Below, in pieces: positions 23,947 through 37,200 of a stretch of 41,829 bases of DNA. A model generated the notes under the pieces. That model was given only the letters and a program-made list of their open reading frames with translations. It was not told the DNA's origin and searched no databases. The DNA comes from Octopus bimaculoides (lineage: Eukaryota): assembly GCF_001194135.2 (NCBI RefSeq), contig NC_068983.1, forward strand, positions 89,030,788 to 89,072,616. The letters run 5' to 3'. Both the position numbers and the translations under genes were made by a program. Numbering within the stretch: position 1 is the stretch's first letter; every line of letters begins with the position of its first letter.

Positions 23947-24051
23947 CACTCTATCACTTATGTAACCACCACTGAGGTCTTCAACAGTGCTGTTAAAACC
24001 AGGATGTTGATTCAAACTTGTCACAGACACACAGACAACTAAGTCTAACAT
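23947..24051 (-). CDS. FAM227B: Host gene exon A (105 nt, phase 0-0)
   Basis: Acceptor ttcttctgtgtatctgtatgtcttcttaag, donor GTG|gtatgt. Encodes MLDLVVCVSVTSLNQHPGFNSTVEDLSGGYISDRV, which has the (Q)xPGF motif that lies upstream of FWW in FAM227 proteins (recalled FAM227A YQYPGF). The homology is weaker than for exons B and C. Confidence 0.65.
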
Positions 24052-26043
24052 CTTAAGAAGACATACAGATACACAGAAGAAATTAAATTCAAATGTACAT
24101 TTTGTACTTGTTTTGCCCTAAGATTACACCTTTGACTCTTGAAAACCATTAGAAACATACACACAATGACAAGAAAAACACCATCCCTACCACAACTACC
24201 ACTGACACCATGTAATTTCCACCATCCTATCTCCACCCTCCATTATCTCCCCAATTATCTCCAACATTTTCTTTTTCAAAAACTTTTCCTCTTAAAGAAC
24301 AGTTGGTGGGAGTATGAGTGTAAAAGTGGTAGTATTCTTGTTGTAGTAATTCTTGGTGGATGGAGGGAAACTTAGTGGTAGATTTTCAAGCCATGATGGT
24401 GATTGTGGTACAACTGATGTGTTGGTGGTGGTGATGGTACTTTTGTCATGTTTTTTTTTGTAGTGATAAAGGTGGTATTATGATTAGAGAAATCTTGAAA
24501 ATGGTAGCAATGGTGGTAGTGGTGAGTTTGTGATGGTTGATAGAGGAATGAAGCAGAAACCAAGGCAAGCAATTCAAGAATAGCAGTGGCAGTGGTGATG
24601 TGAGAGAAATAGGGTAATATTTTGAATGAGAAAGTGCAAGAGGAACTATTATAATATGTTGCAATGAGAGTGTGGACAAGTAAGAGGGGGTACCCTGTTA
24701 CTCTGGACATATTAAATGAATAGAGAGAAAAGTAGTAGCAGGGCTTAGGATCATTTAATATAGTGCAACTTAACCCAAACTTGTTTAATTGCCTTAACTC
24801 ATAATCAGCTCACTACTCTGGCTATAAATATACAGGGCTCTACGGGACATCAACCTACAGAAGGGAAAAGGTGCTGAGCCAATATGGAACATACACAAAT
24901 AAGGATATTAATCTCTGCACATGTGTGCGCACGCGTGCACACACACACACAAGCTTAGAATTACATTACAAGCAACTTTTGTATACAGCTGTGTATATAT
25001 ATTGGGAGACACAGAAACATGCACATATAATTCCTCTTGAACATATGAGAAAGTATATGATACCAAGACAATTGTACACACTTACACATATGTGTACCTA
25101 CACAAGGATACAAATTATGTACATAGGCACTTTGAGAAATGTAATAACTGGTTCAAGAACTTTCAAAATTCTTGGTTGAATTGCTTTTAATACCCTTTTC
25201 ACTATATCTTAATGTAATAAGTTACAAACTATATCAAAAATGCATTCATAAGTCAATAGCTTATTTGAAATTAAATATTTTATTGTGGTATACATAAAAA
25301 CAAATAAAAGGGAAGGAGTACTACAAAACGTCACTTTGGTGGTGGTGTACCAATTAGAATTGTTGAAAGTTGGTAGAGACTCTCTTGACAAGGAATCAAA
25401 AGGCTCATTTGTAGCTTGTGTGTGTCTAAAAGCTCCTCTAGTTGACCTGTCTATATATCACATAGTGATCTGATATAACAGAAGTGTTATGTAGACTCCT
25501 GTGCAGTTGAAATCCAGTAGACCTAATCAATGGAATTATTTCATCTGGAGTGCATAGAACATAAAAGTCAGGAGGTATGAGAGATGAATATATTTATTTC
25601 ATCGGTTGATATCCGTAGGATGACAGCCATTTTACAGCCTTCATCATGTAATAACAATTTATATTTTAGTGAATAATAAATTATTTTATGTGCCTGCACT
25701 GATATACACATTGCATAGTACTATTGTACATTCACAAACCAATGCAGATATAGATGGCTAGCCCTTCAGATCAACAAAACATTCTGGTTACATCAATTTT
25801 TCAACTCTGCTATATGCATACAAAAATCATTTTCATATATAGAATGTATGGAAAACCAATAATTGATGAAATTTATTACAAAGAGGAAGATAAAAGATTT
25901 AATAAGATGTTAAAAAGGAAATGATGAGTGGCGATGGAAGTGAAGATGATAGAGAGTATAAGAGAGAGAAGTGCAGGTAGAGTGTCACTAATAAGGCAAA
26001 AAGATTAACAATAGAGGGAGAAAGAGTGAAAGTTATAAAGAAT

Positions 26044-26059
<16 letters not shown>

Positions 26060-26074
<15 letters not shown>

Positions 26075-26700
26075 GTAGGGACTGTGTTTATGAAATATAG
26101 AGAGTAATGTCAACAAGAGAGTGAATCGAGTGAAGATGATAATTCTTTGTCTTCTTCTTCTTCTTCTTATTATTATTATTATTATTAATACTAATGGTTC
26201 TGTTACTAGTGTTGATATCATCATCATCATCAACTTTAAAGTCATGATACTCATTGCTGTATACTTTCCCTGCCAATTTTCAGTTTTTTTAACCATCTTT
26301 TTCTAGAATTGTTCCATTTATGTAAGCAAGTTTAATAGCTTTTCATAGTTATAGTGGGCATATCCTTAGAGTAATTTTTATTGATTTTATTAACTTTATT
26401 GCTTACCGACAGCATATAATTGCTATTGTCATAATTATATATAGGGAGAGAAACTATTTTCTCTTTGTATCCTGCCCTAGCTAAAGTTTCATTATAGTAA
26501 TGTATTTTGATTATAGTAATTAGTGTTTTGGTTATAGTAATTAGATGTAATGGTTGACAGAGAGCAATGATATACAGGAGGATACACCATTTACTATGGA
26601 ACATATGAGAACTGTTGGATGAATTGAGAAGAACATAATTTAGAATCTGATTTGGCTTATGGAAACGTTTATAGAGACCTGTACTAAGTTCTAAAGTCAA
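26060..26700 (-). mobile_element. Degraded Penelope-like RT C-terminal remnant containing microsatellite expansions
   Basis: ORF 26332-26700 STGLYKRFHKPNQILNYVLLNSSNSSH...NETLARAGYKEKIV resembles the PLE T.VY.KPT...YL...S.H and L..RGYP motifs. Downstream IIFTRFTLLLTLLSIFHKH resembles the PLE linker. Confidence 0.5.
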
Positions 26701-26981
26701 TTATAAAAATTTAATCTTGTATATTTCCACTTCAGTGACAAATAATATATTAGAGCATATTCAAACATTCTGTTATATATGAAAATATTTATTTTTACCA
26801 TTGGTGCTACCACCTAAAAATTTTAAATAGTTCCAATATGATGACCTATCCTAACTTTACACTTGAATATTGAACTTACAGTAATAAAAATTTAACCTTT
26901 ATCAATACAAATGTATCATTCCTTACCTCAGCTAACCATGCTTTGGCTCTACTAGTGAAATAAATAATGTATTTGACCTTC

Positions 26982-27297
26982 TGTCATGTCATGAGTTTGA
27001 ATATCTTATCACCAATAATGTTATGATGACATTGGGGTGTGCACAAGAGTGTAGAATAGTATTACCCAAATAAATATTCGGCTATGGTAATCTAGAATAA
27101 CCTTTCACAGAATTAATGTGTTCACACAGAACATGCTCTGTACTATGCCTAACATAGGTATGATATTAAACTAACACAGTAATCCAATATGAATGATCAA
27201 CGCTGTCAACTACTGACAGTTCACAGTTTCTTTATTTTATTGAAATGTGTCGATCCACTTTTGGTCATGTGGGAGTGGTCAGGATCCTTCCACAACA
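26982..27297 (-). repeat. 3' LTR (316 bp)
   Basis: Direct repeat of 30156-30477, roughly 85-90% identical by eye. Confidence 0.93.
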
Positions 27298-30155
27298 TCC
27301 CCCTTTCTGAGAATTAAACTCCATCCAGAGTTTAATATCTCTTACACTTGGGGGTTTAATTCCAGTATTTTTGTTCTTTTCTTTTTTCTGTTACTTGTTT
27401 CAATTTGTTTCAGTGTTGGTACTTTAAATGTGTCATATAATAGCTCAATGGAAAGCTCATCTCTCATGACTATTTCTTCCATACATCCTTTTTCTAAGTT
27501 GGTTTATATGTCTTTTATGTTCAAAATTTTTTCCTCTATTAAGAATAATATTTTTCCAATTTGTTTAATAATTATACTGTCCTCCCAGCTTTCTTTACCA
27601 TATCTATACAATTTTTAAAAAATTTGTCACCTAACTTGAAGAATTTTTTAAGTATATTGTTGTTCGCCATTTTTCTATTTTTACTCAGTATCAACTTATG
27701 AAAGACAGATCTGATATTCCTAGCAAACATTAATTCTGCAGGTGACATTCTAGACAGGGTATTCGGATTTAATGTTACTCGGAACACTCTTAGAAATTAT
27801 TGACGTGCAAGGTCATCCATTAGTTCATTATTTGCCTTTTTAAAAGCCCTCTTAAAAGCATCAACAAAACACTCTGCTTGCCCATTTGACCTAGGATGAT
27901 ATAGCAGAGTGGTCACATGTTTGATAATGAACATTTCACAAAATTTTTTTAACTCATCTGAAGTAAACTGAGTTCCATTATCAGACACAATGGTATCAGG
28001 AATACCATATCTGGTAAATAATCAGTGCAAAAAGTTTATTGTAACCACAGATGTTGACTTTTCACACTTATGCTCTTCAGGCTACTTTGAAAAACTGTCT
28101 ACCACAACAAGATAATATAAACCATTAAGTAGACCTGCATAATCGACATGTAGTCTGAACCATGGAGTATCTGCTTTTGGCCATGGTTGCCACTTAGTGG
28201 TAGGTGATTTTGCAGCTAGGACATAACCTCTGCATGTTTTTACTAGTTCTTCACTGTCATGGTCCATTCTTGGTCAATACACAGAACAACTCATTAACAA
28301 TTTCATTCTCAAAATCCCTGAGTGACCAATGTGGAATTCCTTTAGTAATCACTTCTGTAGTGTGATTGGTACTATGACTCTTTGTACATACATCAACACA
28401 TTGTCATACATTGAGAATAGATTTGAATTTGTGTTGCATTCAGCAAAACGCATATTTTTATCTCTTAGTCCTCAGCATTTCTTTGATTTTTTTTAATGAA
28501 TTGATCATTTTCCACTTTTAATTTTGTGTCTTGTAATGTAACTGGCAGTTCATGTATGACATTACACAAAACATTTCTAATTTCATTTTCTGCTCGCAAC
28601 GCAGCAATCATGGTATCCTCAAACAGTTCGGTATTTTTCGAAATCAGTCTTGATAAACAATCATGTCCTAATTTTTTAGATGGTATAAACTCTATCTTAA
28701 AATCATAGATTAGTAATATAGTACCCCAACATTGCAACCTATTAGCAGTATGGGTAGGGATTCCTTTCAATGGATGATGATCAGTCTGTAGTTGAAAATT
28801 TCTATGAAATATTTTATGGCAAAAATAATCGCTAGAGTTTCATTTTCAATCTGGCTGTAATGTTTTTTCTGCAGTTAGTAATGAACATGAGGCATTAATT
28901 GTGGCCTTCAGGTTACTATTTTTATATTTATGTGGCATTACTGCCCTGGTACCATACTCAGAGGCATCTGAAGATCCTCCACTGCAGTATCGAAATTGGC
29001 TAAAGACAAATCTGATGTTAATATCTTTTTAATTTCATTGAATGCCTTCTGACAATTTTCAGACCAATTCCACTTTACATCATTTTAGTAGATTATTTAG
29101 TGGAGCTCTTACCTTATGCATATTTGGTATATAAATTTGATAATAGTTTGCAAGTCCTAAAAAAACTTGTAAGGTAGATATATTTGTCAGAGGAGCATAT
29201 TTTTAATCACATCTGCCCTTAACGGATCTGGTCAATGTCCCTTTTTATCAATGATTTGCCTTAAGTATTTAATTTTAGGCAAGAGAAATTCATACTTTTC
29301 TTTACTCAACATGAAGCTGAAATCTCTTATATTTTCGAACACATATTTTACAGAATTCACTTTTAATTGATATATCATCCAGATAGGTCATTGCATAGTC
29401 ACACTCTGAAAACATTGTATCCATCACTTGTTGAGCAACTTTTATGCCAAATGGAAGCCAGTTAAACTTGTACAGACCTTTATCTTCATGAATTGTTAGT
29501 AGCTTAGAACAATCATCTTCCACTTGTATCTCTAAGTAGGCATCAGACAGATCTAATTTTGAGAACAATTTATAACCATTTAGTTTCAAGAAGATTTCCT
29601 CTGGGTTAAGTAATGGGTAGTTATATTGTTTTAAACAGTCATTTTGTCATATCAAGAAATTTGCACAAACATGTATTTTATTGTTCTTTTTTTTTAATGT
29701 ACACGTTTGGACTTGCCCAATCCAAGTAATCGATCTTTTCAATCACTCCCATTTTTTCCAGTCTGTCTAATTCATTATTAACCTGTTCCTGAGCTGCAAA
29801 CAGTACATTACATTTGGGGCCAACTTTCTCAACAAAAGTCAGATTTTTGTTTCACACTTTTTAAAAAAATCTCCCCATACCTTCTGTAGTACACAGGAAA
29901 GGTGATACCCTCATCTGGGTTACATGTGAATTCACCAATGGGGTTTGCAACCATATCAGGGATGAGCAAAGTTATTGTATGGTTGAGTAGCAGTTGTATT
30001 AATAGTTGCTGTTGCTTCTGCAATTCTACCAACTGCTGCTGTTGTAGCTGTTGTTGTTGTTGTTTCTGTAATTCAGTTACTGAAGCTAGTAATTCTTCCA
30101 TGTTAAAAACAACAATCTATCCAGCTTGGGTTCATTCGACCCTTGTTGCGAATAA

Positions 30156-30477
30156 TGTTATGTTATGAGTTTGAAGATCTTGCCACCAATGACAACATTG
30201 GAGAGTGCACAAGGGTGTAGAATAGTATTACCCAAATAAATATTTGGATATGGTTATCTAGAATAACCTTTCGCAGAATTAATATGTTCATACAGAACAT
30301 GCTCCATACTATGCAAAACATAGGTACAATATTAAACTAACACAGTAATCCAATACGAATGATCAACGCCGTCAACTTCTCAGTCAACTGCCAACAGTTC
30401 ATGCAGTCTCTTTATTTTATTGAAATGTGTCAGTCCACTTTTGGCCAAATGGGGGTGGTCAGGATCCTTCCACAACA
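30156..30477 (-). repeat. 5' LTR (322 bp)
   Basis: Direct repeat of 26982-27297. On the minus strand it is followed by TTATTCGCAACAAGG, possibly a CpG-decayed TGGCGACGAGG-type PBS (tentative). Confidence 0.93.
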
Positions 30478-31049
30478 CCTTTACACACTCTTCTGTATAT
30501 AAAATACTTATTAAATGTTGAGGTTTAACTTTACAGTCTATTATATTTAACCATTTTTTCATATTATTGAACTTGCTCTGCTATAATGAACACATTATTC
30601 TGTATGTCTACACCTTCAAAATTTTGTATAATTCTGTTACTTGCATATACTTTCAAAATTTATCCCTTTATTAATATACATGAATCATTAATTTTGCTCC
30701 TTTAATCATGCTGGTAGATTCAATATAATAGAAGTGTTTATATCATAGCATTTATATATGCAGCCACATATGTACCTATATTGCATGGTTGTTATATTAA
30801 ATTATCTATATGTGCACATACATATTTGTGCATATGCAAATGCCTATCAGTATATGTGTGTGTATCTAAGTGTCCTTTTTCTGATATGCATGTTCAGATC
30901 CATATACATGTAATTATGTGAATATTTGTATTTATGGATGTGTGTGCAATTTAGTGTGCCTAAATATACTTCTGTATCAAGATGGAAGTGCATTTATGCA
31001 GTAATCTATAGATATATGCATGTGTGTAAATTTAAATATATATGAGTAT

Positions 31050-31389
31050 GTAAAGGTTAAAGACCCCCTTTGGTCAAAAATGACCATAAGATTACACCTA
31101 GAAAGTTACCCTCTGAGGCACAAGTCCAAGCAAGGTGGGTTATAGAAGACCAGCAGTTGTCCATGTATAACAGCCTCCCCTCTCCATGCCACTGATGTCA
31201 TCCAAGGCAAAGGCCAATACAGCTTGGCATCAGTGACATCACAACTCATTTTTAAAGCTGAGTGAACTGGAGCAACATGAAATAAAGTGTCTTGCTCAAT
31301 AACACAACACACAGCCTGGTCCGGGAATTGAACTCACTACCTCATGATTGTGAGCTCAATGCTCTAACCACTCAGTCATGTGCCTTCAC
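31050..31389 (-). mobile_element. tRNA-derived SINE, full length
   Basis: Minus strand has an A-box-like TGACTGAGTGG (31368-31378), a B-box-like GAGTTCAATTCC (31324-31335), a conserved-looking core TTGAGCAAGACACTTTATTTCA...CCAGTTCACTCAGCT, and a tail GGGGTCTTTAACCTTTAC. Confidence 0.85.
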
Positions 31390-31421
31390 TATGCATATCT
31401 ACGTATGTGTGTGTGTGTGTA

Positions 31422-31452
<31 letters not shown>

Positions 31453-31462
31453 NNNNNNNNNN

Positions 31463-31500
<38 letters not shown>

Positions 31501-31504
<4 letters not shown>

Positions 31505-33466
31505 CTCCTGCACCATGAAGTATCACTGCCAAGATAATTAAAATATCAGGCAGTGTGGGATACAGCCAAGTCACTTGCATAATTAATCAGGTTATTCAGA
31601 AAGGCATCGTCCTCAAAGACAGGTGTGGTAGTATTGTAGTTAGCTGCTACAAGAGTAAAGGTGATGCCTTAGATAGAAACAACTACAGAGGTATCAAACT
31701 GCTGGATCAGGTCATGAAAATTATAGAGAGAATTTGATTTTGTTCCAGAGAGAAGTACCAGAGATGCCATCATCATAGTGAAACAGTTGCAAGAAAAGTA
31801 TTTGGCCAAAAGTAAATCATTGTACTTAATCTTCATTGACCTGGAGAAAGCTTTCAACAGGGTTCTCTGCTCTGTTATATGGTGGTCCCTAAAGAAGTTA
31901 GGAGTAGAGGAGTGGCTTGTTAGAGCCATTCAATCCATGTACAGCGATGCTGTCAGTAAGATGAGAGTTGGCCTTGAATACAGTGATGAATTTAGCACAC
32001 AAGTTGGAGTTCACTGGGGTCAATTCTTATTCATCATAGTTCTCCAAGACAAAACAGAGGAATTTAAAATTGGATGCCCATGGTAACTACTATATGTTGA
32101 TGATCTTGCTCTTATTATAGAATCTGAAGCAGAACTGGAGAAGTTTCGGATTTGGAAGCAAAACCTGGAATCAAAGGACCGTAAAGTTAATTTAACAAAG
32201 ACCAAAGTTGTTGATAGAAAGAAAGCAGATAAGACTCTCTTTCCATCAGGTAAATGACACTGCTCAATTTGTAGGAAAGAAGTGGGAAGTAATTCCATTT
32301 GCTGCACCAAGTTTAAGCTATGGGCACAAAAGAGATGCAGTGGAATCGCAGGTAGGCTAACAGATAAGGTCACTTTCGTGTGTGGCAGATGCACAGGAAC
32401 AATAAGTACTAAAAGCATGAGGGACTTAAACTATCTCAAATGTCCAGGAGGCTCACTTGAGGCAGTAGATAGTTTCTGCTACTAAGGTGACCAAATTATT
32501 AATGGTTGTGGATGCTCTGAAAGTATTGTTTCTAGAATAAGAATAGGATGGAGGAAGTTCAGAGAGCTATTAACTCTGTTGGCAACAGAAGGGTTCTCTC
32601 TCAGAGTGAAAGGTAGACTGTATGATGCTTGTGTGAGAACGGCTATATTATATGATAGTGAGACATGGGCTCTGATTGCAGAGGACATGCATAGACTGGA
32701 GAGGAATGAAGGTAGTATTCTCAGTTGGATTTGCAACAACAGTGTGCATAACTGACAAAGCACAACTGTATTGAGAGAAAAATTAGGCATAAGAAGGATT
32801 AAATGTGGATTGCAGGAGAGGAGAATGTGTTGGTTTAGACATGTGATGATTATGAGTGAAGACAGTTGTATAAAGAAGGACCTGTTACTGAAAGTGGATG
32901 GTACCTGTGGAAGAGGGAGATTCAGGAAGACATGGGATGAAGGGTGAGGACCGATCTTAGGATGCTGGGGCTCATAGAGAAAATAACAATGGACAGAGAT
33001 GTTTGGCGATATGAAGTTCTAAAGAAGACCTGCCCACACCAGCAAAATTGAGTGCTAGAAGAGCTGTATCCCACCCACATGTAACAACAAACTTTTCACA
33101 CACCCTACCCCAAAAAAACCGAACTACATCTCCTCTTCTAAACTGCCTCTTTCTCTTTCTCACATTTCCTCTGCATGAACTATGATTGTCTTCCAATCCT
33201 CTTTCTTGCCTTTACTGCCCTGTTCATTGTATTGTTGCTTTCCCACCACCCCATTTTTGTACCCAGGTTTTTGCCAGTCACTGCAATCCCCACTCCCAAC
33301 TAGTGCCATTTTGACAACACCTGACCATGTATATTACGACCTTTGTACCTCTCTCTTCCTTACTCTACCATCACATCTATGCTCTGATCCTCATTATTTA
33401 TGAGTATACCCTGGCACTTCACCATCTCTATCCTACTCTCTCTAACACTTTTGTTGTCTCTTACTC

Positions 33467-33516
<50 letters not shown>

Positions 33517-34165
33517 TTGTTCTTCCCTCTGGCTGGGTAACCATGCATCTCCTCTACAGCAGCACAACTATTTCTGCCCTCATTTTTGATCACACACTCT
33601 CTCTCCTTCACTCTCTCTCTCTCCCTCACTTTTCTCCCTCTCTTTCTCTTCTCTCTCTCTCTTTTCCCTCTCTCACTAGGTAACCACGTATCTCCTCTAT
33701 AGCAAGACACCTATTTCTGTCTCTCTATTTCTCTGTCATCCTCGGATACTGGATCACCTCCTCCAATGCCTGTTTCTGCCTCTCTGTCTCTTTGTCTCAC
33801 TTTAACCTTCCATCCTCTGATAAAAGTTCCCCTCGTCAAATGTCCCTGCCCCTCCCATAATTCCTTGTCTTGTGAGTGACTTGGTGACCCTGCCAGTGCT
33901 GGTGCCATACAAAAAGCATCCAGTCCATACTGTAAGGTGGTTGGCATTTGGAAGGGTATCCAGCTGTAAAAATCATGCCAAAACTAACCTTACCTGTGCT
34001 AGTGCCACATAACAAGCACTAAGTTCACTCTGCAGAGTGGTTGATGTTAGGAAAGGCATTCAGCCATAAAACTGCCAAAACAGAGACAGTAGCCAGCCTG
34101 GCTGGTTCCTGTCAACTGTCCTACCCATGGATGCATGGAAGATGGATATTAAATGATGATGATGA

Positions 34166-34168
<3 letters not shown>
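31501..34168 (+). mobile_element. RTE-clade LINE, 5'-truncated, with a long pyrimidine-rich 3' region and the shared tail
   Basis: NCYKSKGDALDRNNYRGIKLLDQVMKIIER, LQEKYLAKSKSLYLIFIDLEKAFNRV, GVHWG, LYVDDL, C-terminal cysteine motif, RRFRKTW. Ends CCCATGGATGCATGGAAGATGGATATTAAATGATGATG. Whether 33060-33850 belongs to the element is inferred. Confidence 0.88.
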
Positions 34169-34214
<46 letters not shown>

Positions 34215-34216
<2 letters not shown>

Positions 34217-37200
34217 ATACATATCCTCACCAACATGCAAGACTGCCACAACCAATGGATCTTGAGTGACCACCACTGGCATCAGCACCAATATACTTCG
34301 TAAATGTAAGAGGACTGTTGCAACTCAGTAACAGAACTAAAATTACCTTCCTGAGAGACCTAGTGACATGCAATGAAGCCTTATGCATAGCACTCACTGA
34401 AATGCACTTAAAACACAACATCACAGATGCAGAAATACACATACCAAAGTATGTGGTATTGCAAAGCAATAGAATAGTCAGGAGCCATGGAAGAGTTCCA
34501 GTGTACGTCTGTGAAGATCTCATACTCTTGATCCTTTTGTCACACTCAAACTCAGTGTGACACACTAATTGTACATATGAGACAACTCAACTACATATCG
34601 CCCACCACATGTCCCAAATCACATGGGCCTATTCAAAGACTGCCTTGCAAGAATAGAAGAGGTCTTAACCAAAATAGAAGAGCATGTCAGTATACTTCTC
34701 ATGGGAGACTTCAACCTGTCCAATGTGAAATGGCCAGAAGACCTTTTCCTCTCAGGAATGATACGATGTGAGCAAAGTCAAGTGGAATCCCTGCTCAACC
34801 TCACCAACAATTTAGATATGGAGCAAATAATACTCCAACCAACCAGGGCAAACAATATACTTGATCTCTGCTCCACAAATAATATGGATCTCAGCCATAA
34901 TGTGAAAGTGACACTGACATTAATCTCAGATCACAACATAATAGAGCTGACCATGTATGGATTAAAGGAACCCACAGACATGCAGCCTATGAGAACCACC
35001 TATCCAATCTGAACTACCACAAAGCAGACTGGAAATCAATTGAGAAAGAGATCACCAAACATGACTGGTCCCAATGTCTCTCTACAATTGACATAGATAT
35101 GAAACTGAGAACTTTCATGTCCATAATGCATGCCATACACTACAATTTTGTCCAAGAGAGAAGGGCCACTGCACATTAAAACAAGATTCCCAGGCAGAGG
35201 TAAGTCATTATGAGACAGCATACAAAGATTGCAAACCACTTCAACAGAGAACTCAATGGCAGTGAGAAACTCCACCTGGAAACAGCACTGCTAGAGATTG
35301 AGAAACAACTGAAGCACTCTCATGAGAAGGAAAGATCAAACAGAAAAGTCTGGGTCATAAGAAATATAAAATCAGACCCTAAAGCCTTTGTTAAGTACAC
35401 CAAGGAGACTGCCTCTGTGCATTGCAGGGTGGGACCACTCTTCCAAAAAGATGGCTCCTTCATGAGAAACCCAATGAGGTTAAGTAAAACACTGAATGAA
35501 CAGTTCAAAGGTGTCTTCATCCACACCTCTATGGCACAAGTTTACAAACCTGTAGAATTCTTTACTGCTCCAGAAGCTGAACAGAAAGCAGTAACAATTG
35601 AATATATCAACATCAAAGAAAAGGATGCAATGCTGGCAATAGATGCAAACTCAGCAGCTGGCCCCGACGGATTCCCAACATTCCTTCTCAAGTCATGCAA
35701 ACGAGTCCTCCAAAACTATTGAAGCTACTTTTTCAGAGCTTCCTCACAAATGGTAAGTTCCCAGACAAACTAAAGGAGGGAATAATATGCCTTATCCATA
35801 AAGGAGGAAGCAGAGCAGATGCTAAAAATTATAGGCCTATCTCTCTGACTTCACACTTCAGCAAAGTATTGGAACAAATAGTCCGAAGGAAATTAATTGC
35901 ATTCCTTGAAGAGAATGACTTGCTAACTGACACCCAGCATGGTTTTCAACCAGGTAGAAGCTACCTGACACAGTTCTGGCAGCATTACTACTAGATGCTT
36001 AAGCAGCTGCTCCACAACCCAAATGTGGACATGATATAAGGTCTGATCAACAAGTGTCCAGACTGTTGCCATAGTAACAAAGCTAAAGCACGGAGAGTAA
36101 AGCCGCTTGGCAAAGATTGACCTTGAACTCCACTGTGCATGTGCAGTAAGATTTAACATTCTAGCTCACTTCTGCTGTTTACAGCAGTGCTTGGAAGGAA
36201 GGTGTGTAGCATGTGGTCATTGCATTGACCATGACAGGGAAAGTTGTCATGGCGATACCAGCTCAGAAGTCTATGAAAAGTTGCAAAAAGTGGAGAGGAG
36301 TGTATGAGCTGCACACAAGTGTACAAATGGTTCAGACGTTTCCAAGATGGCAAAATGTCAATATTGACAAATGCTCCGGGAGACCCACAACCAGCAGAAC
36401 TGAGAAAAACATCACAGATGTGCATGCAGCTGTGAGGGAAAATCATTGAATCACCATCTGTGAGTTATCAGAAAATGTGCAGATTAATTACAGTTCAGTT
36501 CAGTCCATTATCATTGAAGATTTAGGTATGAGATGCGTATCTGCTAAGTTTGTGCCAAAACTGCTTTCAGCTGACCAAAAAGACACTCTGATTTCAGTTG
36601 CACAAAATCTCCTTGGTTGTGTCGAGAATGATGAAAAGTTTTTGAAAACTTTGCACAGGCCTCTAAGCAGATATCACCAAGCTTTTGTAAAATTTAATGC
36701 AGATTCTCTGCTTGACTTTCTTTGTTATAGTCAATGCAACAATCACGTGCTACACACCTTCCAACAGCGGAAGTGAGCTAGAATGTTAAAACTTAGTGCA
36801 CATGCACAGCAGAGTTCAAGGTCAATCTGTGCCAAGTGGCTTCACTCTATGTGCTTTAGCTTCATTACTATGGCAACAATCCGGGTACTTATTGATCAGA
36901 CCACACATACCGCAACTTTGCAAAACCCTTTGACAAAGTCGACCATGGTAGGATTTGTCCCTAGCTCCGAAATTTTTACATATTTGGAAAACTTGGAGAA
37001 TGGCTACATGACTTTCTAAACGATAGAAATCAGGTAGTGGTGGTCAATGTGACCACCTCCAAGAAAACACAAATAATGAGTGGTGTTCCACAGGATACTG
37101 TCCTGGGGTCATTGCTATTCATAGTGGCTCTCTCTGACATGCCCTCAGCTTCACAAGGAGCTACCCTTGCTAGCTATTCAGACAAAACAAAAGACTCACA

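Larger units (their letters stand above)
26982..30477 (-). mobile_element. Ty3/Gypsy LTR retrotransposon (Mag-like clade) with both LTRs, internally deleted and pseudogenised
   Basis: LTRs at 30156-30477 (5') and 26982-27297 (3'), with TG...CA ends. 5-bp TSD CCTTC/CCTTT. PPT AGAAAGGGGGA at 27298-27308. Gag N-terminus GEFTCNPDEGITFPVYYRRY; RT FSKLDLSDAY...YLDDI; RNase H NRLQCWGTILLIYDFKIEF; integrase RLHVDYAG...VVVDSFSK, SDNGTQFTS, YHPRSNGQAE. Confidence 0.95.

Noticed and set aside
24818-24835. TATA-like CTATAAATATA as a promoter
   Set aside because: No other support, and such motifs are frequent in AT-rich DNA.
29990-30095. Poly-Q stretch in the ORF 29829-30101
   Set aside because: It is the Gln-rich N-terminus of the Gypsy gag, not a host polyQ protein.
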